This document shows, piece after piece, positions 1 to 11,974 of a stretch of DNA of 64,000 nucleotides. Source of the stretch: Heteronotia binoei (lineage: Eukaryota). Location: NCBI RefSeq assembly GCF_032191835.1, contig NC_083230.1, forward strand, positions 93,124,001 through 93,188,000, in the 5' to 3' direction. Made by a program: the position numbers and the translations under genes. Each line of letters starts with the position of its first letter. Position 1 is the first letter of the stretch. Under the pieces are notes generated by a model that did no database searches, was not told where the DNA came from, and was given only the letters and a program-made list of their open reading frames with translations.

Positions 1-59
1 TAAGAGGTGAAGGTTTTTTGTTTTGTTTGGCATACCCTCAGTAACTGTTGTTAGTTCTT

Positions 60-141
60 GGTGGTCAATCCTGAAGGCCAACCCTACTTAACTTCTGAAA
101 TCTGACAAGATTGGGCTAGCCTGGGCTATCCAAATCAGGGC
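60..141 (-). mobile_element. 5S rRNA-derived SINE head fragment
   Basis: Reverse complement resembles the 5S internal promoter region (GCCCAATCTTGTCAGATTTCAGAAGTTAAGTAGGG, box-A-like); same family as the copies at about 8965, 52993, 58650 and 60586. Confidence 0.6.
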
Positions 142-150
142 TTTTATATA

Positions 151-585
151 TGTTGTTGTTGTTCAGTCGCACAGTCGAGTCCAGCTCTTTGCGATCCCAC
201 AGACCAAATCACACCAGGCCCGCCTGTCTTCCACCATCCTCTGAAGTCCACTCAAATTCATGTTAGTTACATCAGTAACGCTGTCCAGCCATCTCATCTT
301 TTGCCGTCCCCTTCTTCTTTTGCCTTCTGTCTTTCCCAACATCAGGATCTTCTCCAGGGAGTGCTCCCTTCTCATTTGGTGGCCAAATGAGCTTCAGCTT
401 CAGCATCTGACCTTCCAGGAAACAGTCAGGGTTGATTTCCCTTAGGACTGACTGATTTGTTCTTGCAGTCCAAGGGACTCTCAAGATTCTTCTCCAGCAC
501 CATAACTCGAAAGCATCTATTCTTCTGAGCTCGGCCTTCCTTATGGTCCAGCTCTGACAGCCATACACTACTACTGGAAATACCT
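151..585 (-). mobile_element. RTE-BovB LINE 3' end (5'-truncated)
   Basis: ORFs 272..568 (YGCQSWTIRKAELRRIDAFELWCWRRILRVPWTAR) and 163..375 (LEKILMLGKTEGKRRRGRQKMRWLD) are the frameshifted BovB RT C-terminus; (CAA)n tail at 151-163. Confidence 0.9.
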
Positions 586-785
586 TATTTAAAATACTGT
601 TTTAAATGTTTTCTGTTGAAATATTTTGATTTGTTGCCTTGAGGACCCTGTCTGGGTAGAAAGACAGCACAGAAGTGTTTTAAATTAATGAGTTACATTT
701 GTTGTCAAAACCAAGAAAGCCAATGCTCTACATATTAATTAAGTATAATGGAAGATATGCTCCATATTATAAAGTTGGAATACAT

Positions 786-955
786 TAAGTTGCCAACTCT
801 GAGCTCAGAAATTCCTGGATATAGTGGGGTGGAGCCTGAGGAGAGTGAGGTTTGGGGAAGGGAGGGACCTCAGTGGGTCCATTGTTCCAGCTGAACTGAT
901 CTCAGATCAGTTGTAATTCTGAGAGATCTCCAGGTCCTCCCAAAAAACCGGAAGC
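786..955. mobile_element. Short non-autonomous hAT-like element (TAGGGTTGCCA-terminal family), degraded
   Basis: Degenerate terminus taagttgccaa; internal match to the copies at 36293, 45529 and 52602. Confidence 0.5.
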
Positions 956-1124
956 TGTTAGACAAGATAAGCTCTTAAGGAAGTGAAAGTCTTGCACACA
1001 GTTCTTTTCGGTCACGTGGTTCATATGTGGCTCTAAATCACAGGCTGTCTCCACAGTTAGAGATAGATCTAGATACAGCACAGTGCTGCTATGCAACATT
1101 TATATTATTAATAATATAGTAGTA

Positions 1125-1990
1125 GTAGTAGTTGTTGTTCACCCCATCCCAGTCAGGCCAGGCTCTGGGCAATGTACATCAGATAAAAGTACATAAAATA
1201 AAACAAATACATAATTTAGTCCAATAAAACAATAGCAATAAGAATTCTGACCTCCTTAGCTAATTATACTAATTCGTATCAAAATGTCAGAGCATATGAG
1301 GAGGGGAAAAACACTTCTAAAGGGGCTGGACAAAAGAAGAGGTGCCAGATATCACTGCCTCAGTCAAGTGTCTCTATCAAAAGTCTGGTTGAACATCTCT
1401 GCTATGGCATTCCTGACAGGACTTGCACCACCGTGTTCGGGACCGATTGGAGTTTCTGGGTCAGTCTCAAGGGAAGGCCAGTGTAGAGTGAGTTACAGTA
1501 GTCTAATCTGGAGGTGACAAGGATCACTGTGGTTAAATCCAAATGGAAAGGAGGGGAGCCAGTTGCCGAGCTTGATGAAGATGGGAAAAAGCCACTCTGG
1601 CAATTTGCATGACCTAGGCCTCCATTGAGACAGCAACATCCAGTGTCACACCTGGACTCTTGACAGATGGCACCAGTGACAATGGTGTCCCATCAATGGT
1701 TGGTAATCTGCACTCTAGCTCCAGTCCCAGTCCCCGCAGCCACAGAACCTCTGTCTTTGACAAGTTCAACTTCAACCTGCTCTTTCTTAGCCAGCCCACC
1801 ACAGCCTCTAGTCCTTCAGCCAAATTTGGAGTAGTCCTCTGAAAGATAGGTCAGCATTATTAGGCTCATATTACTGGGATTTGAGGAGGGGGTTGAAGTT
1901 GAGAGGAAAATGGCTAGTTTAAAGCTACCTATTAAAAGCCAATAGTTTAAGCCACGACTTCCTGATTCAGAGCTCAGCCTCTTAGTTACT
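1125..1990 (-). mobile_element. Old L2-clade LINE RT/3' fragment
   Basis: ORF 1614..1823 (WLRKSRLKLNLSKTEVLWL) and adjacent frames resemble L2 RT; paralogous to 3040-4490. Confidence 0.75.
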
Positions 1991-2189
1991 ATCACCATCA
2001 GTATCTCATTCCTGATGTGACCAAAATCTGTGGATACTTAAATTTGAGTTTGGAGCTGTTAACAGACAAACAGATCTTTCCACATACCTAAAAAAAAAAG
2101 ACCCAGAAAAATCTAAATTAAATAAAAATAATTTTTAAAAAACACAGTGGGGTTAAAAAAAAAAAACCAAATGATAGCAGCAGCACCAG

Positions 2190-3010
2190 TAACTTTTGAA
2201 ATATTTTAATGCTTTAAAATTACCCCAAAAGAGAGAAATAAAAATATAACAATTGTGACAAGTCTATAGACAAGCATCTATGAAAGGTTTCCAAATATCT
2301 AAAAATATGTCCATGCACAGGTGTTATCTATATGCCATATGTTCAAATATTGATAAAGCTGTAAGGTTTATCCATGACTTAATACACAAATGAGGAGATA
2401 GAAAATATGCACATAAAATGTATCCACAGATTCAAAAGAGGGAAAAATAGAGACAAAACACAGAAGGAAGAGCTAGCCAAAAGCACCTAAGTGATAAAGA
2501 ACACACTGGTCTTCTTTGAGCAAAGCAATCTGGTCCTAGTTGCCAAATAGCATCAGATGTTTCCAAGTTTTCTTTTATTTGCCACTCTGTTAGCTGTTCA
2601 GACACTTAAATTCCATAGTGAAATTATGTCTTTCCAAGCTCACAGAAAAAGATGTTTAGCATCTGGTATAGATCTTTGTGTCCAAGCTTGATGGCCTTTA
2701 AGATCCAAACAGAAGGAACCACAGGTATTCAAGTCAAAAAAATATTACTTTTGATTACTTCTTCCCATATAAAAGTAATAGTGCCACATTTCCACACCTT
2801 CTGCAATAGATTTACACCATAAGACACACTTGGCTAGCTAGCATCCAAAGAATTCATACTCTGATTTCCCCCAAATGGAATACTTTCTTGATAGATTTGG
2901 TATCTGAGATCCAAAGCAGAAGAGGAGGTTTTACTCAATATATTTCCACTGAGCAGGGCAAATAAATATATGGCTTATTGTTTGTTCCTAATGTCTTCAG
3001 TGTGATCAAG
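2190..3010 (-). mobile_element. Heavily degraded L1 ORF2 C-terminal remnant
   Basis: Minus-strand translation gives stop-ridden similarity to the L1 C-terminal Cys/His region (VWKCGTITFIWEEV). Confidence 0.4.
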
Positions 3011-3039
3011 ACATTAACCTCTCTCTCTCTGTCATTGTC

Positions 3040-4490
3040 TTTTATTTTATTTATTTACCTTAAATTTCTATCCCGCCCTCTCTGCAAGCGGACTCAGGGC
3101 GGTTAACTATGTATTTAAATATTTACATTTACAATTTAAAAAACCAATAAAATACAATTACAATTAAAACATTCTATGGTGCTGTCTTTAATATAGGCAG
3201 ATTCTTTTCCTGATGGTGATCAGATAGTAATCATAGCTCTTTAGAGATGTGGGGTGGCATCTCCCAGGTCAGATGTTAAATGCCTGTCGGAACAGTTCTA
3301 TTTTGCAGACCCTGCAGAAGGTAGAAAGTTCCCGCAGGACTCTTATAGCCTCCGGGAGGGCATTCCACATTCCTGGTGCTGCCACCGGAAAGCCCTAGCC
3401 CTTATGGAGCATAACCTGGCCTCCTTTGATCCAGGGATGGACAGTAGATTTTGTGTCCCTGAACGCAGTGCTTGCTGGGGAACATGCGGAGAAAGGCAGT
3501 CCTGTAGATAGGCAGGCCCCCGACCATAAAGGGCTTTAAAGGTCAATACCAACACCTTGAAACGAACTAAAAACACAATAGGTAGCCAGTGCAGCACTTT
3601 CAGCACTGGCTGAATGTGCTCCCAACAAGGGAGCCCATTAACAGCCACGCCGCAGTGTTCTGCACTAGCTGTAGTTTCCGAGTCAGAGTCAAGGGTAGCC
3701 CCATGTAGAGAGCATTACAGTGATCTATTCTCGAGGTGACCGTAGCATGGATCACCATTGCTAAGTCGGCATGCTCCAGGAAGGGGGCCAACTGCTGTAC
3801 CCGCCGAAGATGGGAAAAGGCGGATCTGGTAGTGGCTACTACCTGGGCCTCCATTGTGAGAGAGGACTCCAGGAATACTCCCAAGCTCTTGACCTTAGGG
3901 GCCGATATTAATGACACCCCGTCAAGAGCCAGTAAAGGGATCTCCCTTCCCGGACCACCCCAACTCAGATAGAGAACCTCCGTCTTCATCGGATTCAGCT
4001 TCAACCAACTCAGCCTGAGCCAAGATGCTACGGCTTGAAGAGCCAGGTCTAGATTTTCCGAGGTACACTCAGACTGGCCACCCATCAATAGATAGAGATG
4101 GATGTCGTCTGCCTATTGGTGACATCCCAGTCCATACCTCCTGACAATCTGAGCAAGGGGGCGCATGTAGATGTTAAATAACATCGGGGACAGAACCACA
4201 CCCTGTGGCACACCACATATAAGTGGGTGCCTTTGGGATGATTCCTCTCCTATCACCGCCCTTTGTCCCCAACCTTGGAGAGGCCAACCACTGCAAGGCA
4301 GACCCCTGAATCCCCACGTCAGCGAGGCGGCTAGACAGTAGCTGATGGTCAACCATATCGAATGTGGCTGACAGATATAATAGTAACAGCACTGCTGAGC
4401 CACCCCGATCCAGATGTCATATGAGATCATCTATGAGGGCGACCAGAACCGTCTCCGTCCCGTGACCTGGTCAAAAACTGGACTGAAATG
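3040..4490 (-). mobile_element. L2-clade LINE, 5'-truncated, frameshifted RT pseudogene
   Basis: ORFs 4174..4392 (DLSATFDMVDH-like), 4113..4430 (GVPQGVVLSPMLFNIYM), 3600..4088 (LKLNPMKTE...LQLVQNTAAWLL) and 3343..3648 (LHWLP...KVLVLTFKALYG); TAAA-repeat tail at about 3040. Confidence 0.9.
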
Positions 4491-6164
4491 GATCCAGTGT
4501 TGTGTTTGCATGTCTTCCACCAACAGGTAAAGACTTTTTTGTTTCATTTGGCACACCCCCAGTAAATTCTTCTTGGCCCTCCTCTGTAGCTATGTTGTGT
4601 TTGCATGTCTGTATGTTTTTACTGTATCTTAAGTATCTTGTGTGTATGTTAAATGTCATCAAGTTGCTTCCAACTTATGGTGACCCTATGGATTAATGTC
4701 CTCTAAAATGTCCTATTGTAAACAGCCATTCTCAGGTCTTGCAAGCTGAAGGTCTTGGCTTCCTTGATAGAATCAATCCACTTCATGTAGAATCTTCCTC
4801 TTTTCCTGCTGCCTTCAACTTTTCCTAGCATTATTGTCTTTTCCGGTCATTCCTGTTTTCTCATTATGTGACCTCATTATGAGAGCCTCAGTTTAGTCAA
4901 TTTAGATTCTAAGAAGAATTCAGGCTTGATTTGGTCTAGAACCCACTTATTTATCTTTTTGGCAGTCCATGGTATCTGTAAAGCTCTCCTTCAACACCAT
5001 ATTTCAAAGGAATCTTGTCAGCTTGTTCAGCTTTCACACCCATACATGGTAATAGGGAATACTGTGGCATGAATGGAGAATACTATGGCATGAATTAACT
5101 TGATCTTGGTTGCCAGCAATACATCCTTACACTTGAAGATCTTTTCTAGATCCTTCATGGCTGCCCTTCTCAATTTCAACATCCTTCTGATTTCCTGGGT
5201 GCAGTCTCCCTTTTGGTTGATGATGAAGCCAAGGAATAGAAAATCTTTAAAGAATTTAGAATTCTTCATCATCAACCTCAAAGTTGTGCAATTCCCCAAT
5301 AGTCATTACTTTTGTCTTCTTGATGTTAGTTGCAATCCCACTTTGGCACTTTCTGCTTTAACCTTAATTAGCAATTGTTTCAAGTCTTCATTGTTTTCTG
5401 CTAATAATGTGGTGTCATTTACATATCTCAAATTGTTAAAGACCCTTCCACCTATTTTCACTCCTCCTTCATATAAATCTAATCTAGCCTTATATGTTCT
5501 GCAGACAGATTGAAGAGATATGGAGATAAAATGCATCTTTGTCTGACACCTTTGCCAATTGGAAACCATTCTGTTTCTCCATATTCTGTCCTAACAGTGG
5601 CCTCTTGTCCAAACTATATATTGCACATCAAAACAATCAGATGCTGTGGCACACTCTTTTCCTTTAAAGCCAACCATAGCTTTTAATGATCCACACAGCT
5701 TTGATGTAATCAATGAAACACAAGCTGATTTTCTTCTGAAATTCTTTTGTATGCTCCAGTAACCAACATAAATTTGCAATATGATTTCTAGTACCTCTTC
5801 TTTTTCTGAATCTAGCCTGAACTTCTGGCATTTCATGTTCCATATAGCAGGTAGGTTCAACAGGTAGATCGCGATCTACCAGTAGATCACAGAGGGGTCA
5901 GAGGTAGATCACCAGCCCCACTTGGTTTCATGGTTTGCTGGACAGGTGTTTGGGTTTTTTTGATGATTGTTTGGTGTGGTGGTATTTGATTATTGGTGCC
6001 AGTATGATGAATTCTTATTTTACTTTTAGAACTGCATGTGTGGTTTTGGCATCATCCAGAGGTCTTCAGTTTCTGCTGATCTTTAATACTTTGGGACAGT
6101 GACAGTTTTGGACCAGATTCAGCCAGTGTTAACTTAGCACCCCAGCCACCCCAGTATAACAAAG

Positions 6165-8090
6165 ATGAGTGTTCCAAAGAAGAATAAAACCTACCACTTT
6201 CATGATGAATGGGAAATGGACTACTTCTTCATCATGGTGAAAGTCAAGTGTTGTCTACTTTGTAACGCCACTGTATCCTTGCCCAAAAAGGGTAATCTGG
6301 AGTGTAATTATAAGGCTCTGCGTAGCAATAAGTTTTGATGCTGATTTTCCACCCAAAAGTGAAATTCGTAAACTGAAGCTCAAAGAACTTAAATCTAAAT
6401 TGACTGCACAGCAACAGTTGATGGTGAAGCCAAGGTCACATTCAGTCAGTGCAACCATGGCATCCTTCAAGGTCAGCAACCTGATTGCAAAGAAATGCAC
6501 ACCTTTCAATGAAGAAGAATTGGTAAAAAATTGTTTTCCTGAAGCAGCAGAATAGAAAAGATATGTGGAGACACAACCGAACAATTGTTGAAGGATGTTT
6601 CAGTTTGTGTTGCTTTCTCACTCCAACCGGATGAGTTATTTATTTTTATTTATTTACCTTAAATTTCTATCCCGCCCTCTCTGCAAGCAGACTCAGGGCG
6701 GCTAACAATCACTTTGAGTATTTACATTTACAATTTAAAAACCAATAAAATACAATTACAATTAAAACATTCTAAAAACATTCTATGGTGCTGTCTTTAA
6801 TATAGGCAGACATAAGAGATATAGCCCAGTTACTAGTCTTTATCTGGATGGTTTTTGAAGACTTCACTGTTAAATAAGAACTACTTGGAATGTTTTCTTT
6901 AAAAGGGAGAACTACCGGTCAGGAAATATTCAGCTCTTCCATTCTTTTGTGACAAAGTGTAATCTTCCATTGCATAAACTTGTTTCCATCACTACTGATG
7001 GAGCAAGAGCAATGACAGGTGAGGTTAATGGTTTCATAGGCCTCTGTAGACAGCATGATGACTTTCCAGATTTCCTTTCTTACCACTGCATCATTCACTA
7101 GCAAGTTTTGGCAGGCAAGAGATTCAATACAAAGACTGTCATGGACATCACTTTCAAAATTATAAATTCAGTTCGTGGAAGATCACTTTAAAGACGGCTT
7201 TTCAATCTTACTCTTGATGAAGGGGTAGCAGAAATCATTTTGCACACAGATGTAAGGTGGCTAAGTAGGCACAAATTTCTGCAAAGATTTTGTGATTTGC
7301 TGAATGAAATAAGAAGGTTTTTGAATGAATGGGGGGATGACAAAGCAGAGTTGGAGAAGTAGTTATATGATCTGGCATGAGGAGTGGTTATGTGATCTGG
7401 CATTTCTCGCTGACTTTACAGGCAAACTAAGTGATATAAACATTGAACTACAAGGTAAAAACAAATGCATTGGCGAGATGAGTAGTTTCATCCTACAAGA
7501 GCAAATTTGAGCTAATGATGACTGACCTTGCAAACAACACTTTTGATCATTTTCCTAATACGCAGGACCATCTGGAACAATATCCAAATTTTGTTTTTCA
7601 GAACGAGAAGTATGTGACAGAAATCTGCTCTGTTATCCAGGAATTCGAAAAAAGATTCTGTGACTTCCAAAGAATTGAAAAAGCTGTGGAGCTGTCATAC
7701 CCATTCAAAGCAGATATGGACATTAAGGAAACTGCAGCTGCTATCAGTAAAAATTACTCATTGAACAAGGCATCTCTTGAAAACAAAATAGTAACCCTTA
7801 AAAATGACATTTTTCTCAAGACCCGTGCTGAGCAAGAATCATTTTGGAAGCTAGTGCTTAGAGACAAATTTTCCATCTTGAGAGAAGATGCAGTGAAGCT
7901 GTATACTCCTGTTTCGGTTCAACTTATTTGTGTGAATCTGCCTTTTCCCATCTGAAAATGACAAAGAGTACACAGCGTTCCAACATGACAGATGAACATC
8001 TCCAGGATTCCCTGAGACTGGCCCTCACGCAATATTCACTCAACTTCAAAAAGCTGGTGGATGAAATGCAGGCTCAGACATCTCACTAAT
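6165..8090 (+). pseudogene. hAT transposase pseudogene (GTF2IRD2/EPM2AIP1-like family)
   Basis: Starts MSVPKKNKTYHFHDEWEMDYFF...CLLCNATVSLPKKGNLE. Later motifs include DE(ST)DIRDIAQLLVF, SITTDGARAM, HCIIH, HTDVRWLS, DLAFLADFTGKLSDINIELQGK and terminal MQAQTSH*. Multiple frameshifts, stops, a deletion and an L2 insertion. Confidence 0.88.
6636..6810 (-). mobile_element. L2 3'-end fragment inserted in the hAT transposase
   Basis: Near-identical to 3041-3200; TAAA tail; interrupts the DE|STD motif. Confidence 0.85.
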
Positions 8091-8964
8091 TAGCAAGAGC
8101 AAAGTTTTAAAGATTGCATAAGATCAGCCTGGATCAACACTTGATCTACATTTAACACGAATTACTCAATAAAAGTTAAAGAAAGTTATTAAGACAGTTA
8201 AAGATAAACAGTTAAAGTTAACAATAAAAATTTAAGAAAAACTGTTCGCAGTTCTTTCTGGATCTTCATCTCTGTTTTGCTTTTGCTTATTTTGCTTACC
8301 AGTAAATGACAGAAGGTGCATTGTAAATGGGGAGGGGGGGGTAGGTGGAACCCAACTTTGGTGGGTTAAAATCTAATTCAAAACTAATTTGAAACTTAAT
8401 TTTCATGGTGGTAATCACCAGCACTTTTGTCCAGAAAAAATAGATCATGACCTGTTCGGAGTTGGACTTGCCTGCCATATAGGATAACAGTCTTTGCAAT
8501 AAGATTTTGAGCATTACTTTACTTGTGTGATAAATTAATGTGGTCTGATAGCTGCAGTCTTTGACATTTTTTTCCTGAACTGAGATGTAAATTGAGTGTT
8601 TCCAGTCTGCGGGACATTGTTTTGTTTTCCATATTCGTTGGCACAATCTTGTTTGGATTTTGATGGACTCTGATTCTGTGACTTAGGATACATCTATTGA
8701 TATCCCACACACTCCTGGTGATTTGTTTCTCCCAATTCCTCTCAGGGCAGTTCTCTCTTCACTTTCTAAAACTGTAGGCTCTTCTTCAAAAAATTCTTCT
8801 TGGAAGGAATCTATCATCTTACATGGTTTTAATGTTGAGTTACTTCTGCCCAGAGCAGCACATGCCAAGTAAAACACCAGCTTGTTCTGAGTGTTAGAGA
8901 AAATGAGAAAGGAGGATGAATGTGGTTTAGAGGCTACCTGTTAGCCATTTTTGCACTGCATGTG

Positions 8965-9075
8965 TGTAAATCACAACTGACTTCTGGTGACCCCAGAAAG
9001 GGGCTTTCATGGCCAGTGAGAAGCAGAGGCATTACTGACTCTGCTTAGCTTCTGAGATCGGATGAGAGCAGGCTA
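8965..9075 (-). mobile_element. 5S-headed, RTE-tailed SINE (degraded)
   Basis: ctgcttagcttctgagatcggatgag is the 5S box-A region (reverse complement); the tail motif cacaactgacttctggtgacccc is shared with the RTE 3' end. Confidence 0.6.
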
Positions 9076-9932
9076 TATCATACCATTCCACATCTCCATC
9101 TTTGCAATATACTATGGGGGGGGGACAGGTCACAGGGCCTAGATTTCATTACTAGAAGACAATTAAGATATTTTGTTAGTTTCTAAAGCAGGAAACTCTC
9201 AACCATTATATTATTTTCCCTAATAAAAAGAATGTAACTTACCTGTAAGAAACTGAACCATCTGTAGAAATTGGTAAGAAGAATGGCAGTGCTGATGGTT
9301 AATGCAAAGCAAGGTAGAGCATATGCTGCTTGATTCATTCATTCAACATACCAATGTAAATCTAAATAGTGTCATGGAGATTTTCACAAAACTCAATGCA
9401 TTTTTCCAGTTACAAAAGTAGCCCATGTACTTAAAGCAAACCTTCTTAAGATTATTTGCTTTAAAAATTAAAGATGTTAAGATGGAATTAAACATTTGGC
9501 ACTGAGCAAGACGAATTATTTGGAACATGCTTTCTTGAACAGAAGGAATTTTATAAAAGAATTGGGCAGATTTAGGCTTCTCTGATATTCAGTATTCAGC
9601 AATACCTGTGATCATCATTAAGAGAAATATCCATTAGGTCATTCAACTCCTGGCTCCTTTGTCACTGAGACAAGATGCAGCCAGGACTTACCCCGTGGGC
9701 TCCACTGCTGGAGGGAGGATCTGGCACCAATGCAGGCAGCATGGTGGAGAGATGGGATGGACCCAATTGGGGTGGGGGGTCACCCCTCCCGTGTCAGGGC
9801 CTATGTCAGGTTTGGGCCAGGCTGCAGGCAATATCTGGGATTTTGCATGCCTGCTGCCTCCTCCATTTAGTCTTGCTGCTGCTGTTTGTTTTGCATCTCT
9901 TCCCATTTGTTTTGTGGCTGGGGGGGGGGGGC

Positions 9933-10080
9933 GGGGCTGCTCAGTGGTAAAACACCTGGTTGGCATGCAGAAGGTCCCAGGTTCAATCCCTGGCATCTCC
10001 AGTTAAAAGGGGCAAGTAACCAGTGATATGCAGGACCTTCAGCTAGAGACTCTGAAGAGTTCTACCAACAATACTGAATT
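9933..10080 (+). mobile_element. tRNA-derived SINE (Squam2-like)
   Basis: A-box-like GCTCAGTGG and B-box GGTTCAATCC followed by a non-tRNA body. Minus-strand copies at about 36010-36212, 39736-39935, 42090-42170, 43775-43880 and 44760-44840. Confidence 0.75.
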
Positions 10081-11652
10081 TCTTCCTCCTAGAGCACCAT
10101 GACTAGCACAGGGCTTTAGCATCTGACAGAGTGGACTTGACTAGGAGGAAAACACACAAAGCAGAAGCATGGGGGAATGGTTGGGTGGTCATGCCATTGG
10201 CTACTTGGACATCAGTAATAGGCAGTCTGCCCTCTATAAGGCAGACAGCATGAACTTATCCAAATGGGATGTGGGTATCTGGCTGGACAGGTTGTTTTGT
10301 TGGGTATGGGAATAGGAGCATTGGCAGGAACGGAGGGAGGGAATCCCCTCTGGGTCTCATGATGCTTTGGCTATTTGGATGGATTCTTTTGTCTGGGGAG
10401 GCACTGCAGTGCCCGTATTCTTGCATCCCATGTTTCTTGGGACCCCTTTAAGGGGTCTTGAGGTGGAGCCACATTTTGATATCTCCTCAAACATGTGAAA
10501 AGTGACTTCTCTTTCTTTGGGCATGCTAATTTGTAATTTCTTACCTATCCTTGATGGCCCTAAGTGAGTTGCTACATATTATTACATCTAAATATGTGTG
10601 TGCATGCTAGTACACACACAAACACACTTTACAACATGAGGCCTGAGTGATAGCTTTGAAGAAACATGAGCCTGTATTGTCTTTTAAGGACAAGGGTTAC
10701 ATAGAAATATTCATATCAGCAAATACTTTCATGTAAGCATAGTTCATATTCAGTACAAATTTGTTACATATGTGATGCTTGGAAAGATGCATGGTTTTGT
10801 TCTTGGTTGTATGAAATTCTAAGCAAGAAGGAACAGAGGATTATGTGGGAACTGGCCTTTTAAGAATACTGAATAAGTGGGCCTCTCATTTTATCAGAAA
10901 GTCACAAAAATTGACCCAGCAAGTGTTTTGGAAATGTGATCCATTATCACACACGCATTACTATACGAAAAGAAAATTTAGATGGGGAATTTGAACCACA
11001 CAGAGCAGAAAAACAAAAGATCAGCAATAGACTGTTCTGTGGTCATGTAGTTCTTATGATAATCACATTTTGTTTTTCTCAATCATTGCTCCTTTAATCT
11101 ATGCAGTCTTTTTTGAGACAGTATGGAGAGTTTTTGCTCATGAAAATGAAACTATTAATGTTAACCCTTCCATCTGACAATCTTGATGTTGTTCTAACTG
11201 CAAAGCTGCCCCCAGGCTTGATCTGTTTGGGTTGCAGTCACAGAAGGCAATCCAACCCAATGTGAAGGTTTCTTCTTTCTGCAAGTTAAGTGCATTTTCC
11301 CCATGTGTTAAGGTGGTATTACAAACCAATTATTAATGCTGAGATACTTTACTATTTTAGCACATATTTTAATATTAGTATTGATATTCCAGAAAACTAG
11401 CTGGAGAGTCTGCAGGACCCTATTGTATTTCATAGGTCTTTTGTGTGTGAGAGGGAGGAGAGTGAGTAGTGACATCTTTTTTGGAGTCCTGAAAGGTGAA
11501 TTGGTGAGAACTGGCACAAATTTATATATGACTCTGGCACCTTTAATACAAATAACAACAACAAAAACCTGGTATTTCAACCAGATAAACTGCATATAAG
11601 AAGGATTGTACTGAAGGGCATAAGTCGGTCATTCCATAGACACAAACAATTT

Positions 11653-11923
11653 GAAGAAGAGAAGGGATTGAATTTATACCCTGCCCTTCACTGGTAATTT
11701 CAGAGTGGATTACAGTATCTTTCCCCTTCCCCTCCCCACAACAGACACCCTGTGAGGTAGGTGGGGCTGAGAGCACTCTTTTGAGAACTGCTCGAGAGAA
11801 CAGCTCTGACAGAGTTATGACTGACCGAAGGTCACTTTAGCAGTTTCATGTGAAGGAGTGGGGAATCAGATCTGGTTCTCCCAGATTAGAGTCCATGCAC
11901 TTAACCACTATATCAAACTGGCT
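11653..11923 (-). mobile_element. Squam3-like (MIR/CORE-related) tRNA SINE
   Basis: (TCT)n tail, ccccacaacagacaccctgtgaggtaggtggggctgagag body and tRNA-like head. Confidence 0.85.
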
Positions 11924-11974
11924 TTTTATATACCAGTTCACACATCTTATATAAACATTAAAGAACATAAATTA

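Larger units (their letters stand above)
5848..8474 (+). mobile_element. hAT DNA transposon (Charlie/Buster group), near full length, non-functional
   Basis: Exact 8-bp TSD ccatatag at 5840-5847 and 8475-8482; CAGG...CCTG termini; subterminal palindrome GGTAGATCGCGATCTACC; contains a transposase remnant. Confidence 0.9.
4655..8880 (-). mobile_element. RTE-clade LINE RT fragment split by a hAT insertion (4655-5847 plus 8475-8880)
   Basis: ORFs 8296..8646 (DWKHSIYI...SKVMLKILLQRLLSYM), 5591..5860, 5306..5569 (NNLRYVNDTTLLAE) and 5027..5299 (ITMYGCES). Reading across the insertion restores QRLLSYMEHEMPEVQARF. Confidence 0.88.

Noticed and set aside
9243-9261. Minus-strand 19-nt segment with a good acceptor and CAG|GTAAGT donor
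   Set aside because: It shifts the frame, has no recognisable peptide and has no supporting neighbours.
9933-10005. tRNA gene
   Set aside because: A and B boxes are present, but it runs into a SINE body repeated elsewhere in the window and has no clean cloverleaf or terminator.
11106-11330. Strong plus-strand acceptor followed by short ORFs (FFETVWRVFAHENETINVNPSI*)
   Set aside because: No convincing donor and no recognisable product; such acceptors are common in T-rich DNA.
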